64,000 nucleotides of DNA from Lepidodermella squamata. Lineage: Eukaryota; Animalia; Gastrotricha. Position numbers and translations under genes: made by a program. The stretch lies in the NCBI GenBank assembly GCA_047495785.1, contig JBLDXI010000042.1:5085464-5149463 (forward strand). The letters run 5' to 3'. Under the pieces are notes generated by a model. It saw only the letters and a list, made by a program, of their open reading frames with translations, was not told the origin of the DNA and ran no database searches. Of the stretch, positions 21,511 through 35,602 are shown in pieces; position 1 is the first letter of the stretch; the number at the start of each line of letters is the position of its first letter.

Positions 21511-24500
21511 AACCTATAATGTTTCGATGGGACGAATTTAAGACCGGCGCTTCCCCGGACGCTCTCATGCTCCTATGGGCTTAGGGCAATCACGTTCATA
21601 CGTTCAAACTACGCTCAAAACATTCATTTTTTTTCATTTCTTTATCAGTGCGTAGTTTATAAACAGCACGTGTCGTTTCATTCACATTTTCTTTTCCAAA
21701 ATCATGAAAAAAATGTGATAAAGAAATGACGTTTTATTTTATAAAATAAAATGGAAAAAATCGAATAAAGAAATGATATTTATTTTAATTTTGAAATTTA
21801 AAATGATAAAGAAATGTCAGTGTTTAATTTTAATTTTAAAATAAAAAATGGCTTGTGATAAAGAAACGCACCCATTGTTATAAAAATAATATTGTTATGA
21901 CAAAGAGAGCAGGAAAAAAACGAACCGGAAAATATGTTCGGGGATACATTATATGGATGAGATGATTGAGCAAAATTAGCCGCCAGAAAAATTCCAGCCA
22001 ATTTTCCGCTCGAAATAAATATTTTCCTTTATAAAAAATGTTGGAAAATATTCCTAACAAATTGTAAAAAATCCCCCTTAATTCTAAAATAATATAGAAA
22101 ATTTAGTATATTTTTTTTGCTCCAAGTAACATTTTAAAATATTTTTTTCCTGAACTTTAATAATATTACCCTGTATTTAGGAAATATAGCGAGCGAGATG
22201 CAACACGTTGATAAGAAAAATCCTCTTTATTTTCCGACGGCGCCAGGCCACCGCCACGGCACCAGCAAGGTGTTCAATGGGCAATAATGATATGCCAAAA
22301 AGGATCAAAAGAGGCATTAGAGGCTGCAACCTAAACAACGAACGCACAGTTGCCTGTTTAATTCGTTGCTGTGTTGGCGCCAGGGCATTAATGTGATACA
22401 AAAATCCTATGCAGAATAAACAAAACGCAGACAACATGTTAAACGCCGCGGTTATATACACGAATATAAACGCGCATCCTTATATATATATTACACGCGT
22501 GTGATAAATGCGCGCACAGGTAATAATAATAATAGTTATGATAAAACGGTAATAAAAACGTGTTCGCGTAATAATAATACTTATTCCGCATTTAATTATC
22601 TATACCGATCGCGGAAATACGGTTTATTATTATTATTAGAGATAGCGCCCGATGTTACACCTGTTTACGTATAATATATTATGGTAGCTGGCGAATAACA
22701 GTTATTATAGGGGGCGGGTTGTTGTTAGGGTGGATACAACTTCCTGTGATGCCTTGAAATAGCGTGGCTGGCGCGTTATCGCTAAATAAATCCTATGTTT
22801 TTCGCGAAACCGGAGAAGCTGCATGGAAAATCCTAAGCTTCGGCACGTTTTGGCTCCAAGGTTACACAAAAGTCAAACTTATACAATAATCATATCAAAT
22901 ATCGAAGCGCGATAAATCTGGGAAAAATACAAATACACTCATTAAAGGACGCGTAAACTGACCTTAGGTTAGGAACAATTAAGGACTAATAATAGGAGTT
23001 ATGGGAAGTTGAACAAAGGAGAGGAAGGGGAAAGTGTGGGAAAGGACAGGAAATGTACTCCTGCCTATTCAAAAATGTAAAGGACTGGTTCTCATGAAAT
23101 TTTGAAAAATAATTCAAGCGTCTGTGTTAATTTTTGAAATTGTTTACAGCCACTACTCCCCTACTTGAAGCAAGGCATGCTATAGAGCTGTTCGTAAACG
23201 CGAAATTGAGAAGACACAACGCCGAGCAAAACGATTCAATTGATGAAACTTTCACAGCGCGCGCTTGAAAAGGTTAATCTTGAGCCGTGATCTGCGTTGA
23301 GACACGAAAATTGCCGCGCGGCTTTGAAGTCTCGGAATAAATGTCTCTCTCTGTCTCAAGAAATAATGTAACAATGAGAGGCGGCCCCTCGTAAAATCAC
23401 GCGCGCGTAAAAACTGCGCGCACAATGGTGACCTAATTTAAATTACACCGTGCGCGCAAATTTAACAAAAACGACAAAATAGACACTTATTCTGGGACTT
23501 TATTACAGGCATATATCAAACGGCACGTCTCGCCGAGCTGAATCGCCTGATTACCATCGCTAACTACGTGAAAAAATTCAAGTCAAACAGTGAAGTTTCA
23601 AGATATTAGTAACCTTTGGAGGTGTAAATTTGTCTAACCTTATTTGTAAGATAGTAATTATCGCCGTGAAATTGGACAATAAAAGTGCGCGTGTCTAGGC
23701 GGCTAATATAAGTAATCATCATTTAGCATTCTTAAAGACGGCCGATGAAGATTTGCAAGTGCTGAGGTTGTAAAACAGGCGATAATGAGGTTGTAGTGGT
23801 GGTGGCGGTGGCAGACAAACACACTTTATTGTCATGATGGAGCAGCGAGCAGCGAGCGAGATGAGACTGCTGGTCACATATTGTTGTACACCGATATAAG
23901 TGTAATATATTGCTCCGGAGTGAGCGAGTGAGTGATGGAGCGATGAGTGAATTGTAAAAGGGGTCAAGTCGAGAGCAGTGATAACGAGCGTGCATATTTA
24001 ATAAGCACTTGTCATCGCGATGGCTCACGATCTCGAGCCGCGTGTCAATATAATGCATACCGCTCAACATCAAACGCTCGTGATTATCACATCATTTTTT
24101 GAAATTTACTATAACACTATAAAAAACAACAATTGAGATCAGTTGAAAAACATTTGAATAATTTCGCTGAAAAACCATAAAGAGCGGAGATAGCGCAGAA
24201 TATCTACTTCAAACTTCACAAAGCGACTACACTTCAAAAAGTTTGGGAAAAGAAATTCCCGGCCAACCAATATAAGAGGCGATCTGCGTTATAAAAAACA
24301 CAGGTAGAAAATGAAGGAAATGGAAAAAATTATGCAGGTAAAGAAAAAGAATCAAACTTTGAGCGGAACTCAATTTCCGTGAGTTATTGAGCTGTCATAC
24401 ATTTTTTCGAAATGCAACGTATTTTCGATGGGAAATAATTTCGGAATTTTTTCTATCTCAGGGCTAGTATAACAGTTCTTAAATTCCAAAAATGTGTTTA

Positions 24501-27500
24501 AAAAATTGACGATTCCCATGTATTTATGGGGTTGGAACTTGAAAAAACATGCGAATATGATTTATAGGAATATTCGCAAATAAAAGTAGGAATATTAGGA
24601 AAAATATTCTTTCCCAAAATCTGAAGCTTGGCTGAGAAAGGAATATTGTATAGGAATGTTAGAGATTTCAGATGGAAAAACCTGATGAATCATCTCGGAA
24701 AAGGATGAAAAGGCCTGAAGAACTCGAATTAACAATCGAAAACTTTCGATTTCTTTCGAACCTATTGATTTTATTCTAATTTTTGGAGTTCATTTTAAAA
24801 TATTATGATAAATGCTACATCGAGGTGGTTCAGAAAAATTGAAAGGCAAAATTGGGACATCTATGGAATAAATTTTGAAGATGAAATGAAGCTCAATTAG
24901 ATAAAATCGCAGTTTTCTCAAGCAATCTCGAAACCTTGAATAAGGTTAGCTATAGGACTATTTTGGGACTCAGCGAATAGCTCGCCTTTTCCCTTATATA
25001 TAACGAATATTTGGCTATACAAGTATATGGTTATTTCCAAAGGTAATAGCCTAATAGTCCTTTATAAATCTAAGAGCTGATAGAGAGCCGTATTATAACA
25101 CGCCTCGTTGTAGTAAAAGGGCCTGCAGTCCGCTGAAAGGCCCTAAGCAAGCAGTAACTGACCGCGGCTCAGAACACAACAAAACGCAGAAAACAATAGC
25201 GAGAACAGGTTTTTAGGCCTAATAAAGGCCGAGGCGGGCTGAAAATTCACTCGAGTGGCGTATGAAAACTCAACTCGGCGTGTCTCTCGACGTCATTATA
25301 ATTATTGATAATTACTATATAACCCACTTCCACCTGTCTGAAGCTGCGAGTGGCCCACTTTCAGCGTAATTAATACCGGCAGTGTATATTACAAAAATAA
25401 TACCTACCTGTGTTTTGTTTACGCGTAAACAAAGGGCAGAATAATAAAAAATAATCTGATGACAATAAAAGACATTAATTTTTTGAGAAAAATAACATAA
25501 AAAAGGTGTTAATTATATTTTCGAGAGGGATTTTTGCATAAATGCCTTTACACCAGCAGGCCGAGGAGTTGGACGTTGAGCTAAAATAAGGATACTTGAT
25601 AGGATAAATAGTATAACGGCATGTGATTTCTCTCCTCACCTGGCGTTGCGAAAATAGATTAGCCGCCGATTTATCATCATCAAAAGCCTGCCGGTTATAT
25701 AATGGAATATAAGAATATGGGATATAAATATGGCAGGAACGTAAACAATTTATCCCTGACTTGTTTCTAATAAATCATAATAACCCGCTATTTTTCCGAA
25801 AATAAGAAAAATATTAGGAAAATAAGGCAAGAATTTTTCTACTATATCAAATCCGGAAGTTGGGGTCGATTATTTTTTCTACATTTTTTATACAACAGAC
25901 CGCTGATCAAATAAATAAGATTTTTGTACAGCAAGGTGATTAAAAAATCTGACGTTTTCGCGGTAAAAAGGCTTGGTTTCACCACGGCTGTATATGTAAA
26001 TATACCGACTAGATTTTTTGTAAGAAAAATAAACTAAATACGACAGTTGAGTGAAAAATGATAATAATCGACCGGCTGTCTTATGTAAAACAATTTTTTT
26101 CCTATATATACGAATGATATACAAATATGTAAATGAAAAATCGTTTTTATATAACGGCTGAAATCGACTGACAATTTTTATAATGAACGGAAGCCATGCG
26201 TATGCGTGTATATTATTACAACGAGGAAGAGATGAAAAAAAGCTTTTTTTTCCTTATTTTATATGATAATATACTCGGGTGTATTATATGCTCTAGACGG
26301 CGGATGTGTATGTTGTAATGACTGCGTGGACGAGTGTGAAATTTGAGTTTTTACGCGCCGCGTGCGGAACCGATCGAAGTTGATATATAATGAATGCGAT
26401 GGACTATCTATTCCCTGCATACAAGTCGTGCTATGCAAAAAAAAATGCGAAAAATCAAGTGTTTTTTGCTGGACTGGAAAAAAATGAAGAGATTTTTTGA
26501 GGGGAAATTAATGGAAATTAAAAATTAATTCGTCAGAAAGCAACGCAAAGTTCCGAGGATTTTCGCGATCTAGAATATTCTATCGCTTCAACCGCAAAAC
26601 TTGAATGCAAAAAAAATCATTTTGATAATTGGACGACATGAGGTTTAGGAAATTACGAAGCATTGCGATGATGTCCTTAATTGCCATAAAAGAGATATTT
26701 GCGCGTATAGCATACCTACAAGCCTCAATTGGGCGAAATTTGAAAAATGACAATTCCGCCGAAGACATTTAAGCAAATGAAGAAATAATCAAATAAGTAA
26801 CGAGTATTTTTCATCCAGCTTCAAAATATTCACGAATTCCAGGTATATAAGGAATAGAATCATGCGAATTAGGATTAGGAATTCCTAAAAGGCGGCCCAT
26901 CAGGGTAGATCTTCAAAGAAAAATTAATTAAATATTTTATTAAAAAAAGGAAAAGTTGAGATATTTATTTCTTTCCCTTCTTTCTAAAATAATGATAGAT
27001 TGTCAAAATTATGCTTGTGGCAACTTAATATGAAGCGGCCGAGAAGCGGAAAAAGGGCTCAAGATTAGGATTATTAAAAATCTACGCTGACCAAAACAAA
27101 TCATTTTCCTTATTGCCATCAATCGCCGAATAAATCCTCAATTTTGCGAAAACAAAGCCTGCTTTTTAATCAAAAACAGATAGCATAAATATCATGTATA
27201 GACAGGGGCGAAACAATAGGAAATTTCCCAGGGGACCGGTCACTATATAGAAAATTTGAATATATCATCCAGTTTGCACTTGAAATTCTGGGAAAAAACA
27301 ACACGCATTTTTTGCGCATCATATTTGTATAATATGGGAAAAAAATATTCGCACTTCATGTCAAAAGTTGGGTATTATAAAATATAATTCCTATTCTTCC
27401 TTATTATTTGTATAAACTTAAGAAGCGTCTGTAGGGTAAAAAGTGTAGTAAGTACCGGTAGCACCCGTTAATTACTAGCAAATTCGAGAAAAGTCACGCC

Positions 27501-30500
27501 TCGGTGACTAAAGTCAGGAAACAGATATGCGGCGAATGAGGCCTTTATTGGCGTTCAGCGAAGCGTAACAACTTGTTGTCATGTTGTGCGGTTTCAAAGA
27601 TAGCGATGGGGGCTACTCTCGACTTGACGTTCAAGGGCGTGTTTTTAACACACCCACATAGCGAGAAAATATATTGATGCTTAAATAGGGGGCGGGTAGG
27701 CATAGTGGTTTACCTGCGTATAATGACGTGTTGGGCACCCTGGCGCCGCCGCAATTGAGCCGTGTCACACTGCGCGCGCGCAGATGATATAAACGCGCAC
27801 TTGACTGCGCGCGCCTGCCTAGTCATAAAAATGAGCTCGCGCGCGCGGTAATAAAGAGCGCAAACACGCGTGACGCGCACTTGCGACGCTGGAAACATAT
27901 ATATCATCATTATAATATATCATAGTAGCCTACAATACCTATATATGCCTAATGAAAAAATAACCGGTGTCATTAACGTAAGGCCTCCTGTAATAAATTG
28001 GTGTATCCTTTTCGCCTTTATGGACACCCTGAGACGGTTTTTTTCCCGCCGGACCTCTATTTTTTCAATCTTTGTCGCGCATAACTCGGGCAATGTTTGT
28101 TTACCTTTCAGTTCGAAAAAATGAGTAAACAGCATAGAACGCAGTGCTCCATAGGTTTAGCTGAGAGGAACATTGATAGGAAATATATTAAGCTTAAAGT
28201 TGGGCGCAAAACTAACGATGCAATTTTTTGAAAAATTCGCAAAAAAATAGGATAAATTTGGAATAAATTTTTAATTCCAAAAAAATTGCAGCAGAAATCA
28301 ACACCAAAATTTCAAAATTATATATTATTAAATATATTATTTCGATGGAATGACAAATATTTTTCAACACAGGAACAGGTGAATTTTTTCGAAGATTCCT
28401 AAATGAGATCGAAATTGTATGAGACTTCGCTCCAATCGGAAAAAATTCGGATATTTTGCGAAAAGTTGGCCCATTTTTGAAGAAATTCTATTAATTACGG
28501 AATAGGTCGTGATAAGTAGCGCTATCTTCAACTCGTTCACCCTACGCGAAAAGTTGAAAGGGAAATAAAGCTTTCACTCACTTCATCTCGGCAGCTGCCT
28601 GAGAAAGCGCGAGAGAGGTGTTACACAAGGGCTGATATAACCTGTCAGCAGACGCGGAGCCGACCACAAAACGGTAGCTAGCATGCCTTTACTCGTGAAC
28701 CCGAGATAAAAAAGGCCGCCGCACACAGTCATCTGATATAAAATCGGACCTCGCAATGCGCGTGAGCGGAAGTTTATCGCGCACTATTATATTATAGTTT
28801 GGTAGTGTGTAACCTTTATTATATTAGGTATAATAAAAATCTGGGTTACAACAATTTTTGCGCGCACACGCCAGATCACGCTAATAATATAGCTCAGTGT
28901 GTCACATCGTATAGTAATAAAGGCCTATCCCGGTGTGTAATTATATGGCAATATTTCAAGTTGTCTGTATTATTGTTTAGGCATCAGGAACCAGGCGTCG
29001 TCGCTATGATTCATGTTGTTTGTGCGTGATCTGAACTTTGTTGTGGCCATTTTTATGCGAGATATTAGGTTGTAAACAAAAATACAGCAGGTTTATATAC
29101 TATATATATGACTACCTACTGCTACGGCAATAATGAGTCGATTTTCGTGACTTTTGATGGTCTATATAATGGGACAACATTAGACATATGAGTGGCCTGA
29201 CTTTTTTGATTAGGCCACTGAGTCTGCGGTATAATTATGCCGATAACAAAATTTGATCCGGTTAATTATTTATCGATTAAAAAAATAATGCGAAAATGCG
29301 GATAATCCACGAGAAAAATTCCCAAAAATGGGCTACTGTTAGAGAGTGGGCTTCTGTTGAAGTGTGGGCTTATACAGTTTGAGTTCCGGTCTGGGAAGTT
29401 CCGGTTTGGGCTCAAGGTGCGGTGTTCGCGCAATGTTTTACTTTGTCGCGGAGCCGAACTTGCGCGCGGCGGCGTAACCCATAATCCGCCTAGGCTGCTC
29501 CATAGACCTGCAGAGTGACGCAGAGTGAACCCGGGCTACTATTTTAGAGTGGGCTCAAGTATTTTGGGTCGTCATTTAGCTGGGCTCCTAAATGCTTGGA
29601 GGAATAGACAAATGTAATATTACTCGAAGACTAAATGAAGGTGGTTTCCGAAGATGAAAGAAATTATTGAGAATTTTCAAATTTTGGGCCTGAAATTACA
29701 TTTTTGAATTTTTTTGGGTTTCTAAGCCTCGCTGTTGTTCAGGATGATTATAGAATTTGATACGGTTGAAAAAAACAAACGATAATTTCAGAATTTTTAA
29801 GGTGAATAGAGAAAAACTAAGGAATCTACAATTCTGAAATATTCTCGATTTCAAGTAGTTGAAGCTTCTTTTTGATGATTTTATCCAATTTTTCCGTGTG
29901 AATTTTCGTCTTCCTTTTTCGGGAAAAATTCGGGAACTTCGCTGGGAGAAATGCACATTTTCACGCATTTTCAATTTTCGCCAATTTCTTGCATCATCAT
30001 AATAGCTCTTCGAGATAAAAATACCGCCACTTCTTTCCATTATTTACTCCATTTTTTCTTTAGTTAAAAAATACAAAAAATGAAGTCGAAAAATGAGCTC
30101 GTGACGCCTGTCACCGCAAACATTTGTTATAAAAAAGGTGTAGATAAAAATGAAAAAAAACTATTGAAAAATGCGTAATAAAAACAAAATTCTTGAAAAC
30201 TGCAAAAATTGTCTCAATTTTCCGAAGCAAATTTTCTGCTTAAATATTCTTGATATTTTGAAAGGTCGCGTGTCACTAATGCGATGATAATGGCGTGTAA
30301 TAAAAATATTTATCGAGATAATGATAATAATTGCGGCTATGAATTACCGTGTCACGCATGGGCTGTTGAAAAATTATTGAAAAAATAGCCGGTAAAAATG
30401 AAAAATAATAAATAATAATAACAACAACGAGAGATGGCAGGAAAACTGCTGAAAACGCGCGCCGCCTATTATCGAGCCGCGCGCAACCGTCATTAAGCTG

Positions 30501-32865
30501 TCTGTTATTTTATCATCACATTACTATTATTATTATTATAATCATTTTTGCATGCCGTTGACGTCTCTTCTTTCAGTGGCCGTAGTCATTTAACGCTCGC
30601 TGTGCCCAAATCAACATCGCCAACAACGCAAACGGCCGCGCGCTTGTTGATGAAAGTCTATTACTTGTGCTTACAATAATGTCTCAGTAGTGGTCGTTCG
30701 TCGTAATGACACGGCTATTAGGCCTACTTACCAAAAGTGAGCCACTCTTAGCCAGCGTTTTCCCATTATGTGAGACAGCAGCCCGGGCGCGTTTTTGCGC
30801 CTGCGCGTATACAATAAAAATGAGACACTCATTAGCGCGCATTTGCGCGTCTTTTTTGCGCACACGCGCGCCATATGTCAAACGGTGCGCGTTCGAGTGA
30901 ATTTCGAAGAAAAACGGGCTTTTCGGTAGAGAAAAATAACGGCAAATAAGTGTAAACATCACTGAAAATACGGTTGATTTTTTGAAAAATTGAGAAAATG
31001 ATTTGAAATGATTTGAAATATAGCGAATTTTTACGTTGGAAGCCGCGAAAAATCATGATGCAGGACATGATAAAGGACGATATTATAATAAATTAGAATA
31101 ATTTTAAAGATCCAAATAAACTTAAACAAACAAAAATCAGCCATGAAAAATAGAAAATGGAAGCAAATATTCCGTGGCGCATACAAATTTGGTTTGACAG
31201 AGCGAAAGATATCAGGCGAAAATCCGAAATTCCGAAAAGAAATCCTTACCAAAAGCAGAAAACAATGCAAATAGAACGGGTTAAGCTGGAATAAAAGTCA
31301 TTTTTCAGTTGGAAGAATTATTCGAAAAATTATCAACCAGCAATGAACTCAATGCTAACTTGAAAAGGAATCGTACAAAAAACTGGTTTAACGGCTAATG
31401 GAAAAAAATCGGACGATGAGCAAATAGAAAATTATACCCCTAATATAATATGATGTATAATACTTGAATATGTTGTGTTAGCTTATTATAAAAGTGAAGT
31501 TTATACACCGAAAAGTTTGCAGGCCTTCATCGTCTTCGTCTTCGTCTCATTCTGCTGCTCTTCACGCAGCAGCATCGCCGTTCGCCCGCGCTTAAGTGTC
31601 AACAATGGACCTCAATAAAACGCGCATTAGGCGTGACATGGCACACTATTATACCCCCTGCTAATAATATACACAGCGTAAGCTAAATAATTTTGGAAAT
31701 TAATATAATGAAATGCCAATATTATATTACTGCTGTCCTTATTATATTTTTGAGGCAGCATCGTAGTAAAAAGGCGAAAGTTCGGCCGCCTTGTTTGCGA
31801 GTGCAAATTCTGGTGAGGCGGGTGACTGCAAAATCTTGATAAATACGGCCTATTAATAGTCGAGACACGCGCGCATCTGTCCTTTCAAATTAAAGCGCGA
31901 TGACAATGATTTTTCTATTTATTTATAATATTTATTATTACACGCGCCGGCTTTCAAAATGTAAATAGGAATATTAAATTATTTAGATATTATTATTATT
32001 ATTATTATTTAGGATCCTTTCATAACAAATAAATTAACGCGTTTAGAGGCGGCGTAAAAAGGCAGAGTTTTAAGGTGATTTTCAGCTGTCAAAAGGGCGT
32101 TTTGTAAATATACAAAATAGTATATAATAATAATAATAATATTGCGATGAGTTTAGGTGCGCACGCCGCTGATGGAATTTTATTATATGAGCCACTTGAT
32201 AATTGACCGGTCAATACACCTGTCGGATAAGTACTGACAAACCAATTTGATTAGCACCGCGCCCAGTTCGCATTCTCTTCAATTTTTGACAAGACTTCAA
32301 GCTGTCACCAAGCAGCAGAAAGTGAGAGGACACTGTAAACTTTTGGGCCCAGAGTTTCCGCAGTTGGGTATTTCCAAATTATAGCTACATACCGCCATCG
32401 GGTTCCGAGACTCTGATAAGTATCGTACCCCCAGTTCGGTAGGCCAAGGTGGAAATCACCAAAACGACCACAGGGGACTCTTTGGTCATAAAACTTGAGC
32501 CCGAAAATACCGTTAGTTCGAGGATCCTACTTAGGGCACTGATTTTGACCAAAAGGCCCTACCCTATATGTTTGCGTAACTTGACAGGTTTCGCCTGTTA
32601 CCTTCTCATCTCGATGACTTCTTAGCTTCCGAAAAGTAAATTTAAAATATCATCGCAGAATTTGCGACAGCGAGATTTATTTTAATTATTGCAAGTCTTA
32701 AAACTGGAAACAGCACCAAAGCATTTAACAGACGATTAGCGGAACTTGATAATGGCTCAGCAAGTAAATTCTTCACAGCAGATTCGGCTATAATCCACAA
32801 ATTCAGTGCGTCACTGCCGTACGACTCACCAGAATGAATTAGATATTTGAATTCTTGACTCATAA

Positions 32866-33233
32866 TTAGCCTTTAATTCCAATTCTTGCGCTGGCTTGCG
32901 GCTTGCGGCGGTCCTTTGTTGGCTTTGAAATTTTGACCTTGGCAGGATCTGAGGCCTTGTTTCCGCCCTGCTTCTTTCTATCGCTGCGAGCTCCCTCCTC
33001 TTCGTAGTCAGCCTCGCGGGCTGTCGGAGATTTCTGCGGCCTATGGATCGCAGGCTTGACGACTTTAGCGAACTTTGCCTCGCGCGCCGCACCGACAGCC
33101 CGGAACTCCTCTGCCGAAGCAGTGGAAGCAACCACGAAGGCCTGTTTAATAAAAAATATCGTGGCTACAGATCCCAGCAAGACAGCGCTATGAAACTTAC
33201 TACAACAAGAGTGAGAAGAAGGATATTGTTCAT
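32866..33233 (-). CDS. Small secreted peptide precursor, paralog 1 (102 aa)
   Basis: Exon 1 33233-33201 (MNNILLLTLVV), GTAAGT..AAACAG intron, exon 2 33141-32866 (AFVVASTASAEEFRAVGAAREAKFAK...ASARIGIKG*). Signal peptide, upstream TATA box and a paralog with identical intron position. Confidence 0.8.
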
Positions 33234-33285
33234 GTTAGATCAAAAATTTGAAATGAAAAATGATTGTTAAAAATTGTGTAGCGCA

Positions 33286-33478
33286 TTTTATAAGCTTCTC
33301 CCGGACGATCTTCTCACCAACTGAGCAAACCTGCGCGAGTAGGCGACTCACGTGTTTCGGAGTTACCGATGCACTCGATGAATGATAGATAGCTAAATGG
33401 CAGAGGCGATGCTTTATTTTTTAACGCGTGATCATCGTTGAATTAATATTATTTATTGACATACGAAGCCGGTGTTCA
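33286..33478 (-). promoter_or_regulatory. Promoter of peptide gene 1 (TATAAAA 33286-33292, CACGTG 33349-33354)
   Basis: TATA box about 55 nt upstream of the ATG; block strongly conserved with 34912-35125. Confidence 0.6.
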
Positions 33479-34091
33479 ATTTAGCTATGCAAAACGGTCA
33501 GATACTTATGCACTAGAAGTTATCGTTAATTGTCTAATTCAAATTTGTAAATAATGTAAGGTAAAAAGGTTATATCATGCGGAAAGTTATTTTACTAGCA
33601 ATTTCATGATCAATCCGACGAGATTCAATGTCAATGCTTCAGCACTAAGGCTGTGTTTTTTGTTGTCCAATCTCCCCAAATTTCGGGTCGCCCATTTCTG
33701 AAGCTCACCTTAACCTGCAAAGGCTCGAGCCCGAAAACCTCTGGTGCATGCATTGAAAAATCTTTCATCTGCTGCCTAAGCTTGAGATTCCCGAAATTCC
33801 GGGGCAACTAAAAAAACGCCCAATAAGCCTTAACGTATGTTCGATCCCTCAGAGCTCTACTTTTATTTGTCAACGCCGAGCAACTGTCTCGGGAATGCAG
33901 TGCACCGATGATAGAGCAAAGGCGGTGGTAGTAGTGTTCCTGTTATCAATAGCCGGTGCGAAGGGTGAGCAAATTTCAACTATGTATGGACGACTGCGGT
34001 AACGGCTCGTCATGAGTTTGAGGATCCGATCTTCAAATAGGTAGAGCGTGAACTAATTTGAGGTGTTCCATCTATGGCCACCGCTATTTTA

Positions 34092-34354
34092 CTGTATATC
34101 TACTAATTTTTGGTGGTCATTAATTTTCGGTTTTGGAGATTTTGGGCCTGTGGATTCGACATTTAATTTCGGTGGATTCGAATTCGGTTAAGACTGGCCG
34201 CTGAGCAAAAAAATTGATTTATTTTAATAAGACGGCTCCAGCGCGTGATACGCGGTTTTCTTGCGAAGAAATAATATTCGGTGGTTTTAATTTGCAAAAA
34301 CACCGAATTCAAAGATCAAACCGAAATTAATGACCGGAAATTGTAGATATGCAG
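34092..34354. mobile_element. TA-flanked Tc1/mariner-type MITE
   Basis: TA|CTGTATATCTAC...GGTCATTAATT versus AATTAATGACC...GTAGATATGCAG|TA. Confidence 0.7.
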
Positions 34355-34534
34355 TATACATGGATCATAAAATATCAGTATTTTCCACAACATTATTTAT
34401 TTGAAATAATCCTAAAAGGAAACAACGTAACAATGTTCTAGTGACGCGCGGCATACACCAAAGCATGACAAACACGATTAGATGCGACGTCGGATGGCTC
34501 CATGAGTGAATGCTTCACAGCCGCCACCATAGCC

Positions 34535-34847
34535 TTACCAAGTGATGGGAAAGTGGTATAAGCGAGCTGAACCTTCTACACTAGAATGGTCTTTCTTGCC
34601 CTGGCCGTGCTTCATGCTGTTCTTGCCGGATTTTGAGGCCGTGTTTCTGGGCTGCTCATGTCTAAAGCCGCGAGCTACCTCCTCTTCGTAATCGGCATTG
34701 CGCGCCGTACCGACAGCCCGGAACTCCTCGGCCGCCGCAGTCAACACAGCTGCGAAAGCCTGTTAAAGAGAGTTATCATGGCTACAGAACCCAGCAAGAA
34801 AGCACGAAACTTACCACCACAAGAGTGAGAAGTAGGATCTTGTTCAT
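34535..34847 (-). CDS. Small secreted peptide precursor, paralog 2 (85 aa)
   Basis: Exon 1 34847-34815 (MNKILLLTLVV), exon 2 34759-34535 (AFAAVLTAAAEEFRAVGTARNADYEEEVARGFRHEQ...GSARLYHFPITW*). Confidence 0.8.
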
Positions 34848-34911
34848 GTTTGATCGATAATAATTTGAAACGAAAAATGATTGTTAAAAATTGTGAAACG
34901 CAGCCTCGCCA

Positions 34912-35125
34912 TTTTATAGTCTTCTCCTCGCCGATCTTCTCACCAACTGAGCAAACCTGCGTGAGTGGGCGTAGACTCACGTGTTTCGGAGAAACCGATG
35001 CACTCGATTAATGATAGATAGCTCAATGGCAGAGGCGAGGCGGCATATCAGCGTAATTTTCTAACGTGTGATCATCGCTGAAACAATAAACATATTATTT
35101 ATTGACTTACGAAACCGGTGTTCAA
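34912..35125 (-). promoter_or_regulatory. Promoter of peptide gene 2 (TATAAAA 34912-34918, CACGTG 34978-34983)
   Basis: Conserved with 33286-33478. Confidence 0.6.
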
Positions 35126-35602
35126 GTCAGCATTGCACCTGAATTTTTCATCTAGGTATTTTTTTCAAATTTGTCAAATAAATGTGATAATGTCGATGAG
35201 GGAAATGTAGCGTCGACTCTCGTTGAACTTCCGATGGATCCTGAGTTCGCTCAATCGGAAAATAGCCGGGTCCCGTACTGCTCATCAGTTCTTTGAACAC
35301 TTGAGATAACCAACCTTTTTTGAAATCAAGCTGCTAAAGCGACGAATGGTTTGCGCTCAGCGATAGCTTCTTTTTCGGTTTCCTGTGCTTAAATATTATC
35401 ACAATCATTATATTGAAACGACCGAGAACCTTCGAAGATTTATGCTTTGAAAACCACTGAAAAGTTCAAAAACTTGAATGTATAGACAAAAAAGGGTTAG
35501 CTAACAAATATCTCACATTTTATTCCGGCAAGTTTCAAATTTTGACAAAATTCTCGGTTGGCCAATATATAACAGCTTTTTCAAATAAAAATCATACTAT
35601 AA

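Noticed and set aside
22177-22461. 94-aa hydrophobic ORF in the gene-free tract
   Set aside because: No homology, paralog or splice support recognised.
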